Part shown: positions 27,001-41,587 of the stretch, piece by piece
Layout: each line of letters opens with the position of its first letter
Numbering within the stretch: the first letter of the stretch is position 1
Source of the DNA: Eledone cirrhosa
Taxonomy: Eukaryota
Assembly: GCA_964016885.1 (NCBI GenBank)
Contig: OZ024752.1
Location: 14,322,001 to 14,386,000, forward strand
Reading direction: 5' to 3'
Length of the DNA: 64,000 nucleotides
Translations under genes and position numbers: made by a program
Notes under the pieces: model-generated
Database searches by the model: none
What the model saw: the letters and a program-made list of their open reading frames with translations, nothing else
What the model was told of the DNA's origin: nothing

Positions 27001-28840
27001 ATGGAAATAACAGCCCACAACAGACACCAAAAAACACTGAAAATGCTGAAAATGAAACAATTGACACAATTACACACGAAAAAACCAACAACAACACCAA
27101 CAAGATAAAAAATGTAAACAACACCAACCAGAACAACAACAATAACAACAACACCAACAACAACAATAATTGTTTCTACTTTAGGCACAAGGCCAGAAAT
27201 CACCCAGTGCATTACTGGTACTTTATTTTATCGACCCCGTAAGGATGAAAGGCAAAGTCAACCTCGGCGGGATTTGAACTCAGATCGTAAAGGGACGTAA
27301 CTATGCTGGAAAGCATGGCGTCCGACCCTCTACCGATACTGCCAATCCACCAACAACAACAATAATGACAACAAGAACAACAACAACAACAGCAACAATC
27401 ATAACAACAACACCACCAACAACAACAGCAACACGAACAACTCCACAAACAACGAAAATATTTCCTTCGCAAAAAAACGTCCAAAAGACGGAACTGTTTA
27501 CATACCTTGACATTTCCAATGCTAAGGAGTATGTAACTTTTGGTGAGAGTGGTGCTCTCAGCATCACTTCTCCTCAACAGTTACCTAGAGAAACTATCCT
27601 AAAAACAGCAATCTTTAGGACAGTTTCAAATGTGTCAAAAAAACCAGTCCAATTATCCCAAAACGACATTGAACTGGTGCTGAAAGATTCCATGAAGGAT
27701 ATTGCCTTCATCCAAAAAGATAAACTTTTTGGAAGCATTTCTGTATAGTTGAAAGACAAATTGACGGCACAAAATTATTCTGTGTCGCCGATTGTGTCCC
27801 CCCTTTACACCTTTTTCCCCACATACATGAGAAAAAGAACCCAGAAGATAAAAATTTTGAACATTTCACCAAATGTAAACGTCTGGAGGATTTTGACTGG
27901 CTTCATCGATTTCGATGAAGACACCATCATTTCGGTGGGAAAGTCCTCCAGATGCACATTCAATGGTACAAGCCTGGAAGTTCTGGTCCAAATGAGGCCA
28001 GAACGGTTAGCTAAAATGTCCCAACGTGTGCCTCTGGATGGGATTTCAAACGTAAACATTTCTGTTGAGGGTAGGCGGCCTTCATGTTACCACTGTTTAA
28101 GCAGTGGTCACCTGAAGGCTTACTGTCCTCAGCTAACTACAAAAAAAAAAAGAGGCACTACTGCCATCACCCAAAACAACAACATAACCACCACCGCAAC
28201 AACAACAACAACACGCAAACATAACCAAAACAAGAACAACAAACCAAACTGCAAGCACAGTCCCACCCAAAATCACTCCTTCTAAAACCACTGCAAAAAC
28301 ACCCACAAACACAATAGCTGCCCAAAACATACCCCTTCCAAATAACACAGACACCACAACGGACGAGGCCGCCCTCATCATCGCCAAACGACGATGAGGG
28401 AGAGCCTCTCCGTTCGAAAAGAAAGAAGAAAAGACACCACAAAACAAAAGAGCAACAAACATCACTACAAACATACAACCACCAACATAAACAACACAAA
28501 CATTACAAACAAAAACGCCCCGTACCGAAAACAAAACCACGACATCACTCCAAACACAAACACCTACAACCAAACGAAAGCTCACAAAAGAACAACAGAC
28601 AAAAACCAACACAACACAACAACAACATTACACATACATAAACAGTGAAAACAAAACTTTAATAGAGGTCATCTCCAACGACCCTTCGGTTTTCACCGAA
28701 GAGAAAACTTTTTCGAACTGCGTAGACAAACCTAATTTAAAGATGATTAAGTTCCCTACGGACACCTATAAGTTTTTAAAGGAAAACTTTCCTAAGGACG
28801 TGGCAATCCTTGTGTTTAACCCATTAACCACGTCCTTTTA
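27001..28840 (+). pseudogene. LINE ORF1 (gag-like, zinc knuckle), disrupted and interrupted by a SINE
   Basis: CYHCLSSGHLKAYC (CX2CX4HX4C) in ORF 27749-28285; internal stop at 27748; Thr/Asn-rich flanks; ends uncertain. Confidence 0.7.
27171..27350 (-). mobile_element. full-length young SINE with target-site duplication
   Basis: caccaacaacaacaataat duplicated at 27152-27170 and 27348-27366; near-identical to 57058-57240 and 63431-63612. Confidence 0.93.
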
Positions 28841-29050
28841 AAATGTTTCCCCACCATCATCCCAGACACACCCACCCCATACACATCCACCCCACCATAC
28901 ACCGCTTCCCACCAAACATCTCCGCCCCCCACCCTGCCGGAAACCACCACCCACCCAGACAACCCCTCTAACACCACCATGGAAATCGTACAACCTGGTC
29001 GAAGAGGTGAGTGATTTCTTTTCCTCTTCTTTTAACTTTCCAGCACCAAC

Positions 29051-32000
29051 ATGGCCAATATAAGAGTTGGATGTGTGAATGTACGCGGCCTGGGGATGCC
29101 CTGGAAACAGGGCAAACAGTTAAACGACCTCAGGTCGCACAGTATGGCTGTAGTAGCCATTTGCGAGTCCAGGATCCACAGCAAGCGACAGCTGGCCCCC
29201 ATCTTCGACGACTTTGAGATCTACGCATCTCTCTGTCAGCCGGGAGTTGGGGGCGAGGTTGCCGTTTTGCTGCGGAAACACCTAGACTTTGTAACACAGA
29301 CGGTACATCTGGACCCGGAGGGTCGACTGGCGGTCCTAGACGTTGACGGTAGTGAAGTTGGAGCCTTCAGGCTGGTGGCCGCATATGCCCCATCCGGGAC
29401 ACCGCGGCCAGACTTCTTCAAACGTCTAGAGACTTTTCTGGGAACTCCCGCTCCTTGCTTTTAGTGGGGGACTGGAATGGAATCCTAGATGCACATTGGG
29501 ACGATAAAGGGGGGTGTAACAGCTTCAAGCAGTTAATCTGCCGATTTGACCTGGCGGATAGATATCGACTAGATTTCCGACTGTGCCACTGTGGACGTGG
29601 ACTAATGTTTGCGGAACATCTAGATCGTACCTAGATAGGGTTCTAGTTAGAAATAAGGATAGGGACATGTTAAGCTGTCCACAAATATTCATGGTTGCCT
29701 ATTCAGATCACAAACTAATGACCTGCATGGTCAACCTTGATAGAACTCATAGACAGGGACCCGGCTACTGGAAGTTGAACTTGTCGTTACCGACATGCAA
29801 AGCCTACAGTTAATGGATTAGCACTTTAGTTAAACAGCACTTCACAGGGGCCATTGTCAACAACATATGGTGGTACTCTCTCAAGGGGCAAGTTAGATTA
29901 GACTCGTTAGTTTTTAGTAATGAATTAGCGTTAGATAAAAATAGAACCGAGAAGGAACTGGTAGATAAAGTAGAAGAGGCAATTAGAAGTGGCAACGTAG
30001 CCAGCGTGCTAGCAACGAGAACGGCCTTGGACCACTTCTTCGACGCAAAACACGAGGGCTGCGTTGTCAGAAGTAAAATACGTGCTCTGGGTAACGAGGG
30101 AGCCAAAGCTGTTAGCTGGGCCCGTTGACGGAGGCGAAAAGTGGCAACAAGTCCACGATTCGGTCTTTGAAGGACCAAGACGGACGCGTGATACCTGAGC
30201 CGAAGCAGATGTGCGCGGCATTTCAGCGGCACTTTGCTCAGCTGTTCGGAAATGGCGGCGCGCCGGGTAGGGCTATGGATTTCGGTCCATACCTCGACGG
30301 CCTACCGCGACTCTCGGACAGCGAGGCGAAGTTCTGCGAAAAGCCGATTTCAGCCGCGGAGATAGAGGACGCGCTGAACCAATGCGGCAAACGCAAATCT
30401 CCAGGTCTCGACGGTCTACCCTACGAATTTTACCTAGCAATGCAGGACTTGTTCTCCGGTCTCCTGGAAGTGGTCTACTGTAACTGGCAGCAGAACGGGA
30501 GAATTCCCAGTTCTGTAACCGGGGGCGTAGTCACACTAGTCAGGAAGGACGAGAATAAGGGGGATGACATAGGCAACTTTCGACCCATTACTCTGCTAAA
30601 CACGGAGTTACAGATTTTGGCCAAGATGTTGGCAAAGAGGCTGGCGCTTGTCGTCGAGAACCTGGTGGGCAGACATGCGCAATCCCGACCAGGTCCATAC
30701 ACGACAACCTTCACCTCATGCTATACATCATAGAGAGGGTAGGGTGTAAACCCGGCTTCGGTGGGGCCCTGATCAACTTGGATCAGTCTAAGGCTTTCGA
30801 TAGGGTTGGCCATCGTTACCTGGATGCGGTGCTCGAGGCGGCAGGCTTCGGACCCGTGTTCAGGAACTGGATTGCTGCAATGCACAACAGCAGCATCTGC
30901 TCAAGGGTCAAGGTGATCGCCTACTCTCGGAGCCGTTCCATATCACGCGATCTATCCGACAAGGAAGCCCTCTCTCCTCCCTTCTGTAGTTACTGACTCT
31001 CGATCCACTACTGCGGAAGTTGGAGGTATTGCAGGGCATCCCTCTAGAACCGGGACTGGAAAGCGGTCTCGGCCTACGCCGACGACTTCACAGTAATGGT
31101 GTCGAGTACCTCGCAAATCGAGGAAGTCGGCACCTTACTGAAGGAATACGAAAGGTTCATCGGTTTGCAACTCGGATCGTGGAGAGGCAAACCGATGCCT
31201 TCCGATGGAGTCGTCGGACGCTGGACGGAAGGATCGGTGAAGCTCCTCGGGGTCTGGTTTGGTCCGGACCTCCAGGTGGAGAAGAACTGGAACGAAGTGA
31301 CGGCCAAGGTGTTTGCAATCACCCAGAAGTTGGCCGAGTGCAAACTATCATTGAAAGGTCGAGCGGAGGTGGCAAACACTTTTATAGCGTCCGTCAATTA
31401 CTACCGCTTGCCCTTCGTACCTTGTCCAGCTAAAACGCTCACCAAAATGAAGCGCGCGCTCTTCCAATTCCTTTGGAAGAAGCGGGCTCCTTTGGTGGGA
31501 AGATCCATCTGCTGCCAACACCCTTCCGACGGAGGGCTGGGGTGCCGTGGCTGACGATGCGCAAACACGCGCGCAGGCTGCGGCATCTCTACGTATTCCT
31601 CCACGGACAACCGGTGTGGGCCCCGTTAGTGAGGCGAGCCTTCCCACGACTCTTCTCGCTGACCGAGCTACAGTCCTGGGTCAAGCAAAGACCGAGGAAA
31701 ATGGGCGACTGGCACATCGAATGTGCTCAGGCGCTCACAGCCCTCTGGCAGGCGGACCCGGCGATCAGTGGAGACTCCACTTCGTCATTCTATAGAGGTT
31801 TGAACCGCAGCAAGTGCGACGACGCGCTCGGAGAAACTCTGGGCGTAGTGGAAGACGAACTGGCCAGTCTGTTCGGTAGGACCTTCCGCCCGGGACCGAT
31901 GGACAACTTCCAAAAGTCCCTGTCCTGGCAGTGCTACCGAGGAGCTCTACCAGTTCGAAACAAGCTCTACAGACATGGACGCCCGGGTAGCGACCCTTCG

Positions 32001-32426
32001 AAAAAGATCTGTCCGAGATGCGTGCGAAACGAAGAAACCGCCGCGCACGCATTCATACACTGCCCGGGCGTTACCGACCTGTGGCGCTATGTAGAAAGAC
32101 TATTGACGCGGGTGGGACCAATCCGGTTGACCACCGAGTCCATTGTCATTGTCAAACCGCCACCCTCCTTCAAAAACGAAGGAGAGTTGGTTTTCCTTTG
32201 TGTGATAGCTATGGCGAGAGAGGTTATATGGTGGACGAGGTTAAAAGGGCTGAGGTCAGACACCTTTCTCTCCGGCTAACAACTGATTCTTTTTTTCAAA
32301 TACCACTTTGGAAGGAGAATCAGGATGGAGAGAGAGGTGCTGTACCCCAGCAAGTTTTATGAAAGGTGGGTGAAAGTGGCGAGAATGGCCCGAGTGAATG
32401 GGCCTGCTCTGTATATCAGCCTGTAG
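29051..32426 (+). pseudogene. LINE ORF2: AP endonuclease, reverse transcriptase, C-terminal zinc finger; multiple frameshifts
   Basis: GCVNVRGL, GDWN, SYLDRVLV, SDH, GPGYWKLN; KSPGLDGLPYEFY, NFRPITLLN, LDQSKAFDRV, YADD at 31075-31086; CPRC..EETAAHAFIHC. Confidence 0.93.
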
Positions 32427-32687
32427 GTTGAGCAAAAAGAGGAAGAGAGGAAAGGGGTACTCACTCTTCGTACTCCTGGAAAAGAGGGTTGCATATTTTT
32501 GGGGGGGTTTGTGTTACTCATATGTAATATCTCCCCCTATTTGGGAAAATCGATACATTTTTCAATTGCATTTGTGATAGTATTTTACATTTTTATTGTA
32601 TGTAAACTTCCCCCTTTGTGTTTGTCCCCTTTGTTGTGCCCCTGTGACTAATAAAGAAACATATCTATCTATCTATCTATCTATCTA

Positions 32688-32768
<81 letters not shown>

Positions 32769-33624
32769 TAACATGAGCATGCCCTGTGTGTATATGCTGG
32801 TTATTTTCACGAATCATCGCATAAATGTGTAAATGTGTAAGGTATATCTATAATGTTCTGAGTTATTTTGTAACAATAGTGAGTGAATCGTGGGATATAA
32901 TGCAACTATTTTTAGTCAGTTGAGAAACCAAGTAGAGATTACTCATTGGCTCGGGAAATCAGAAATATTATCTTTATGTGAAATGAGGTGGTATTATTTG
33001 TAGAAGATTTGATTAACAATGGAGGCAGTTTGCTTAAAAAAAATATACATTCGTATAATAAACACCCACAATTAAGACAAACTTTACACATAAACGTAAC
33101 AATGTATTTCAGTTAACTCGATGCAATTGGTAATTACATGGGAGGAGCTATGCAAGCGCGTACTTCAACAAGTCTTTAAGATAATATCGATACGTTAATC
33201 TAGAAATATTGATTTTCTAATATAATAAACTACTTCCAGTTTGACAGCCCCAACACATTTATTCCAACACTATTAACCCTGTCAACATAATTATTGCACT
33301 CTTTTAACGAAAGTTAATTTACTCAATCATTACATTTGCGAAAGTTAATGAACGAGCTACTTTCAGAGATGTTTAGAAAAGATCAAAAGACTCTACGAAT
33401 GCAGCAATTAACTATAATTGCTTATTAAAAATAGATTGCAGAACTAAATGAGTCTAACTTACATTCTCACTGACTTAATGATATTGTTATATATTGCCCG
33501 GTTGATAAGGAATGGAAAATGAGAAATTGCATATATTTTAACACGATTTACAAAATAAAATATTGGAATTAGACTTCAAGCTCCAGTTACAGTTATAAAC
33601 ACGTGACTTTAATGTAATCATGGT

Positions 33625-33770
33625 TTCTGATTTAGGCACAAGGCCAACATTTTGAGGGGCGGAGAAAGTCGATTAAATTGACCACAGTGCATGACTGGTA
33701 CTTTATTGTTCGACCCAATAAGAATAAAAGGCAAAGCTAACCTCGGTGGCATTTGAATTCAGAACGGTTC
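33625..33770 (-). mobile_element. older SINE copy
   Basis: ggcacaaggcc...ctggtactttattgttcgacccaataagaataaaaggcaaagctaacctcgg..atttgaa. Confidence 0.75.
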
Positions 33771-33778
33771 TACCATTA

Positions 33779-33842
<64 letters not shown>

Positions 33843-34304
33843 CGGTGCTAAAAAGGGTTGCTGAACACACAAGCCGAAACCAAATGCTCGCCAGTGTCAT
33901 AAACCTTTTTCACGATATTCAGTATAGCTCCCTCTCGTGTGGCTGCTAGCGCGCCAATTTTACTGATCAATGCTCAATATTTTTACGAAGTGAAAAGCAA
34001 AGAGGATCTTATGTGTGATTGGTATTCTGATATGAAAAAGACAGACAGATTTGAAATGAGGATCTACCACCGGATTTTGTAATTTCTTGAACTCAGAAAG
34101 TACGTAATTCTCAAGTGTTGAACAAGTCGTGACTGGATGACCCGATACTACTACGGGATACTAGGAGCAGATCACAATTGCAATAAACTGGACATATAAA
34201 ACGCAATTCTGATGTGATGCATTTGAAACGACTTGTCACTACTGTAGCGATTGAGAAAAAGATTGAATCAGGCTTCAAATGAATCGTTTTGTTTATTGTG
34301 TAAT

Positions 34305-34496
34305 AATTTGTTCTACTTTTGGCACAAGGCTAGCAATTATCCCAGTGCATTACTGGTACTTTATTTTATCGACCCCGTAAGGATGAAAGGCAAAGTTAAC
34401 CTCGGCAGGATTTGAACTCAGAACATAAAGGGCCGTAACTCTTTCATGCTATGCATGGCGTCCGACCCTCTACCGATACTGCCAATCCTCCGCCCT
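34305..34496 (-). mobile_element. full-length SINE (main family)
   Basis: Matches 27171-27350 along its full length. Confidence 0.9.
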
Positions 34497-34524
34497 AAAA
34501 CAACAATACATATATTTGGTGAAG

Positions 34525-34630
34525 ATGCGTGGCTGAAAGGTTAGCGAATTAGATTCACAATCGTGTGGTTGTGAGTTCGATTCCCGGTCCGAGTGATGTG
34601 TTATGTCCTTGAACAAGACACTTTATCTAA
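34525..34630 (+). mobile_element. tRNA-derived SINE (second family, CORE-like body)
   Basis: gcgtggctgaaaggttag (A-box), gagttcgattcccgg (B-box), tgtccttgaacaagacacttt. Confidence 0.65.
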
Positions 34631-34759
34631 CATTACTACTTGTGCCTGGCTTTGCGACCGATAGATAGTATTAGCTACTGGAAAGACCCATGAAAACTCT
34701 GTTTCCTCAGTCCTCCAAACGCATGAGGTCTGGGATCTTGTCGATCGACTGTCGACATT

Positions 34760-37490
34760 TATCGAGTTGGAAGATATGGTTAAGGGTAGACATCATTTTC
34801 GAAGGGTAGCAATGCTGGGTTACACGGGGGGTTATTATAGGTTTTAAACCCAAATTTATCCTGTTTCTTGTCTGCTTTTCGCGGATTATCGAAATAAAAG
34901 CACGCCAAAGCAACCTTTTAATGAACGCGTCAGTTTTCTGTATCAGGAGTTTTAGGTATGTTTTCCTGCTTGGTACAGTTATGTTCTTTGTAGAAATATT
35001 CAGATGTTGTTTCTGCATGATGAATATAAGTCAATAAAATGCTCAACCATGGGAGCCAAATAGTAAAAATAATAAATTTGAAGACTAAAATCCAAAGAGG
35101 GTTCGATAAGGATAAATATATATCAAATATATAAGAACCGTAGAGCAAATATTTATTAAAATAACAGATTAAAGTGTAAGCAAAGAATCGCTGCTTTCAC
35201 CCTTAACGGGATCTTCTGAAACTAACAAAGTCAATCTGTAAACGTATAAGTGGATATTTCAAAAAAACGTTGCAACCAGGGGAAGACAGGAAGACGATAC
35301 TTTGGTTCGTGGAAACGTTCCCTGGCAAAGAACGGGAAAAAACGAATATATTACGTCATTAATAGGAGCGGTGAAAAACAATTACGCGCAAAGACAGAAC
35401 CACATTTATGGTATAAAAGAGGTCGTCGACTAATGTGCTCTTAGGTGGTTCATAGAGACGTTCTCTGGCAATGAACGAAAAAAACAAAGATAATACGTCA
35501 TATGTGGGTCGTGGAGAACAATTGCACACAACGACAAAACCACGTAAATGGTATAGCAGAAGTCGTAGACTAAAATTCTAACAAGGAGACCGAATGAATC
35601 TCCGCTTCAGAGTTAAGAACAAAGTAAATAAATACAATACAGGGGTATTAGAAATTAAATAAATACATACACGCATACAAATACGTACATACACAAGCAT
35701 ACGCGAAAACACTTACCATAGGTATACAAAACCACGCACATATAAATATGTGTGTGTGTGTGTATGCGTGTATACAAATAAATAAATAATTAAATAAACG
35801 TATGTAAATAAATAAATACGTATATAACAAGCGCACACACATACCTACATGTAAATACACAAATGTTCGGAGACGTAAGTCAACCAAAACATGAAGTACA
35901 CATATGCACACACCCTACATACGTACGTACCTGCATACTCACACAGACGACAAACTCCCTTATACACATAACCAAACCATATGTACCAGAATATAAAAAA
36001 TTATACGCCATAACATATACAATCAAATATACGTACGAGAAGGTATACGTACCTTCACAAAACATACAGGTAATACATACTTACCTATGCAAATAAGTAA
36101 TGGTATAAACAATACATATACTTAGCTACCACATCAAGACGTAAAATATCCACGTATAGATCGTACTATCCGTTAGGGTATAAGGTGGGCCTGTAATACA
36201 GGAAGGTTTTGTACAATTTATGTTTACAAGCCGAAATTGCCTCAGATTTTTTGTTTAAGATGAGGTCTGTGGCGTAGAGTATTTCCAGGGCCTCAGGGCG
36301 CAGAGGTAACATGGTATTTTATTTCCGTTATACGATCTAGCCCTAGGTAGGATCACCCAGTGTAACTTATGTTGGGTGTGGGTGTCTTTTAGACTCCAGA
36401 TATAAGCTGAAAGTGACGTCATATTCCTTCTTAGAGGGTAACGAAAAGAATGGGTATGCATGTAAAGACGCTACTTGAATCTATTGGCGGTTAACCCTAT
36501 GTAGGCCCTACGGGACGTGGGTGTTTCAACCTTACATTTGTAGACAATGTTACTAGAGAGGCATTTACCGGATAGGGGGCAATCAACCCGATTCCTACAA
36601 TTACAGTTAGTACGAACTACAGGGTTGCACGTGTTCCTACGGCTAGGTAGTTTAGCTAAATTTGAAGCTGTGATGTTATGTGCAAGGTTAGGAGTCGTAG
36701 AGTAAGACATTTTAATAGTATTTCTATTAAACATTTTACTATATTTATGTGTAGGGGGAAAATGCTTCGTAATAAGGTAAAGAAAGATCTTAGCTAATGG
36801 TGTGGCCACATCCATATTATATGGTGGGTTATACCAACAAATCTGACGGGATCTATTTCTTCTAGGTCTATTTACGTACTCTGTATATGCTACCTTATCG
36901 ACAAATCCACTTCGAGCAAGAGCTTCATTGTAATAAGTGGAATGGTCGTTGAAAATACGCTCGTTGGTGGAAACACGGGAAAGCCTCAACGAAACGTTTC
37001 TTACCAGGTTCTTGGTTATGCTGGCAGGATGGTTGGAATGCTTACTTATGTAATTAAGCGTATCATTCGGCTTTCTATACGGGTAATACAACCCATTAAA
37101 TAAATTGAGGGTAACGTGAAGGTAATTAACGACCGAGAGATTGGCCTCAACCTGTATAGAGAGGTTGAAGCCTTTAAAGAAGGCTGTGAGTTCTTTTCTG
37201 AACCTGTCGCAAGCACGAGGTCCGCACTTAGTCATGGTCAAAAGACCATCATCACGGTACAAACCACCGCCCACGTTGGGGAATTCGTCCTTGATAGAGA
37301 AAAGAAGGAAACAGCCGAAAAGATCAGTAACCGCCGCAGAATCACGTCGAATGGGGTACCATTGAATTTTTTAATCCAAATAGATAATGACGTAATATAT
37401 TCGTTTTTTCCCGTTCTTTGCCAGGGAACGTTTCCACGAACCAAAGTATCGTCTTCCTGTCTTCCTCCGGTTGCAACGTTTTTTGAAATA
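34760..37490 (-). mobile_element. Penelope-like element: 5'-truncated RT/GIY-YIG, long 3' UTR, start of a tandem copy, and inverted terminal segment
   Basis: ORF 36471-37274 [42 protein letters not shown]; ORF 34707-35018 STKNITVPS..YLKLLIQK..FIKRLLWRA (PLE N-terminus); 37385-37490 is the reverse complement of 35255-35361. Confidence 0.88.
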
Positions 37491-37494
37491 ACCA

Positions 37495-37947
37495 CATGTG
37501 TGTGTATATGTTTATATATGTGTATGTATATATGTATGTATATATCTAAGTATATATGTATGTATACATGTATATATGTATGTATATATGTATATATATA
37601 TATATATATGTGTATGTATGTATATATGTATATATGTATACATATGTGTATATATGTATATATGTATATATGTATATATATATGTATGTATATATTTATG
37701 TATATAATGTATATATATATATATATGTATGTACGTATATATATAAGTATGTATATATATGTATGCATATATATATGTATATATGTATATATATGTATGT
37801 ATATATATATATGTATGTATATATGTATATATATATAAATATGTATGTATATATATATATATATATAGGTATGTATATTTGTATATATATATAGGTATGT
37901 ATATTTGTATATATATATACATGTATGTATATACGTATGTATATACG

Positions 37948-37978
<31 letters not shown>

Positions 37979-38017
37979 GTATGTATATACGTATATATAT
38001 ATACATATATATATGTA
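37495..38017. repeat. (TA)n/(TATG)n low-complexity tract
   Basis: Directly visible. Confidence 0.95.
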
Positions 38018-38624
38018 TGGTGGCTGCCAACTCGTTTTCGAGTACGGCCACTACTTTATATCGATGTAGGAGAACCCCTTCCGATGCGCTGAACGAGTGT
38101 GACTTTTTAGTCCAGCCAGCGACTTGAAAACTGGCACAATCACTACACTTGTGACAATTATTGACACATAGTGTTGGGCCCATGGTACCAAGTGATGACA
38201 AGTGCAGAGAGATCTCCAGATATAAAGCAATGCCTGTGCTGTGAAGCTTTTATAGTGAGCAAAGGCAATGCACAAACCAGTCCCACTCTCTTAACCAAGA
38301 TGATATTTTCCAAAAAGAAGAACAAGTCAACATCATTGGATACCATCAGGGTTGCAGGTGTTATATCAGAGTTTTCCTTCTCCTAGAATTCTGCCTTGAC
38401 AAAGGCTAAGGGGTCATCTCTCCCGGTGATTTTAGATGGCCATTGACTCTTAAGAGCTCCTTTGCCCTTTTGACAGGTTTTGTTTTTAGTCCTGTAGGAT
38501 GTCCAAAGTCACCCTCCTCACCAAGAAACCTTGGTGGGGTTGCCAGTTTAGTCGCCAACGACCCGACCATGAGACAGGTTGTACTGGGAAACATGTTACC
38601 AGTAGCACCAACTGGTGACCTGAC

Positions 38625-38945
<321 letters not shown>

Positions 38946-39634
38946 AAAGGTACATATTGAGTTAGAAACTCTAAATAGTCTCTTACAATTAAATAGCTCA
39001 ATTTAAAATTTATTTAGTATCTTCTAATCTCAATTTATTAACCTATTCTATAGCATTGGCCAAAAACGCAATACCAACTAAATATACCAGCTGTTTTAGA
39101 CTCTAGAGAATTTTTATTACTTTATACTTTCTAATTTTATAATTTCATACTTTTTAAATTATTTATTATCTTCTCATCTCATTTTATTAACCTAATCTAT
39201 AACGTCCCCTCTCTTTCTCCAGAATCCTTTTTTCGCCTGCTTCCTATCTAGACTTCCTATTTAGAATTTGGTGCATAGAATTCACTTTCAACGCTTGACC
39301 GGATCCATCCAGGCTCTCATTGTTCTACAGGCAAGTTCAGCCACCCTACCTGCCACCCACTGCTATGAAAGATTTAATGGTATTTACAAGAAATGTTGAC
39401 CAATCCTTTTGACAACTACAATCTTCCCAATTATGGAATTACTCCTTGAAAAGTTCGGCTATTTATTTACCACGATAAAATTAGTCCAGAAATAGCCGTC
39501 CAAACGGCTTGAGCTCTGCTGTCGGGTTAAACATTTTCCTATTACCCACTCTACTACCCCAAGTATTGAGTACTCTGGTGCGTTATGGTCCATCTGGTTC
39601 CTTACCACACCGCCTTCGTTATATATACATACAT

Positions 39635-39741
<107 letters not shown>

Positions 39742-41434
39742 CTAACTTATACACCTACTTTCGCAATTGGATGAATACTAGCAAATTTGGAATATTCGAT
39801 ATACCGCATGACACTTCAGACCTTATCTATTACTTCCATTTGAAAGACAGTTAAATGACAACCTCGTTACGCAACAGGTCATAATGGAAATGAAGAACAC
39901 GATAATCATACGCTATAGGAAACAATCCAAATCTCCATGTATTCAAGGTAACACTAAATGGCATTATTGATTTCTTATTTAAGTGCAACGCTGCAGGCAT
40001 AAATATACTGGGGTTGTAAGCAAATGACATTTTGAGGTTCTTAAAGGCATTTGTTACACAAGTGAAATGAATTGAGTTCAACAGTGCATCAAAAATGTGT
40101 CATCTTTATGAGAAATGAGTGTAGTACTATGAATATTCCTGAACAGCTGCATTTTACCGTCATTATACAGTTGAGTGTGATTATCCTGCCATGAGTGTGA
40201 TTATCCTGCCATGTCTATATTTCAGGATATTTCTAGACACTCTTAATAGAGGTAGTGAATGTCTGGAATGAGGTACGTGTATATAGGTTTATAGGACACT
40301 CTCATTTATGCTGAGACAATGTGTCTCTAGAAATGACAGCAGAGTGACTGTTGAGAAAATATGGAAATCTCTTTAACACAGATGCAAGTTCTGACGGAGA
40401 CCGGATTTAATAAGACATGTATTTCAGAGGAATTCTTTGCCAACGCATGATTATGACGAACTGACAGCCAACATCTAAGCAATTATTAGCTGTAGGTGAA
40501 ATTCATTCATAGTAAAGCTAATCTTGCCTTATATGTAATAACTTTGCAGGTGTCAATAACAATTTTCTTTTCTATTAAAGCTTAAGGTTTTATTAAAACA
40601 AGAGGCATCAAATTACTGTACGGGAACCCAACCTCTGACTCAGAATGTTACAACATTTCAAAGTGTTTTTCTATTACGTTTGAGAAATTTCAAAATGAGA
40701 ATATTTGCTATTGGTTAGCAGGGACAGTAAAGCCGTATTTAATATGAGGATAGTGTGTAGTGCGGAAACAAAACGTTTGCAGAGATATAAGGGATGCTAT
40801 TGTTACGAATAATTGAATATTGCGGCTTTTATTATTGTTGATTATCAGTACCAGTCACGCAGTGGGGTAGATTTATCGACCCCCCCCCCCCCCCCCCCCC
40901 CCCTCACACACACACACACACAAAACTGGTGGCCTATTGCCTATATACGAAACCATTATTTGTGAAAAGCAAACAAGGAATATACAGAAAATCTGAGCTG
41001 ATCAATGTTTTTGGAGAATTTTAGACAACGCAATAAAAATAGATGATTTATTTATGCCAACGAGGTGATATCATCGAATGTAAGCAGTCTGTGTATTTAA
41101 AGAATGTGAAGAAGTATGTATATACAAAATCTCTATTTCAGGAAAGTTTGCAGATAGAGAAGGAGAATAATTTGGCATATTGGCGGTATTGATAAACATA
41201 TTTCATTTATCAGGCATCAAGATTACTTCTATGGTAACAAAATATTGAAAGAAAACCCGTTGTTGCCGGAAAAAGAAAAAATAACATTCTTTAGTCATTA
41301 GAATCAAATTACATTCACTGTTCGGACAGAGGACACGAGATCCTTCTTTGCAGGCTACCTGGCATCTTGTGATACCGTTGACATCCAAAGTTGTGTATTA
41401 CATCAGACTTATATCAGTGATATTACGAAACCCC

Positions 41435-41587
41435 GAACGCTTAAATAAACATTAATTTTCTCCTAATGCAGTTTATATATAATATCGTCTTATGTAATCA
41501 GTAACGTAATCCATGATACATTTAAAAAAAAGACGATATTATATATAAACTGCATTAGGAGAAAATTAATGTTTATTTAAGCGCTCG
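41435..41587. repeat. inverted repeat, ~55-bp arms
   Basis: cgcttaaataaacattaattttctcctaatgcagtttatatataatatcgtctt / aagacgatattatatataaactgcattaggagaaaattaatgtttatttaagcg. Confidence 0.92.

Larger units (their letters stand above)
26822..32660 (+). mobile_element. near full-length L1/Tx1-clade LINE with disrupted ORF1 and ORF2 (5' boundary approximate)
   Basis: ORF1 with CCHC knuckle; ORF2 APE-RT-zinc finger; AATAAA near 32650 followed by (TATC)n/(TC)n/(TA)n; GC content well above the flanks. Confidence 0.88.

Noticed and set aside
38018-38624. Possible LINE 5' end or endonuclease remnant (similar case at 22590-23120)
   Set aside because: Composition is suggestive but I could not verify any diagnostic motif
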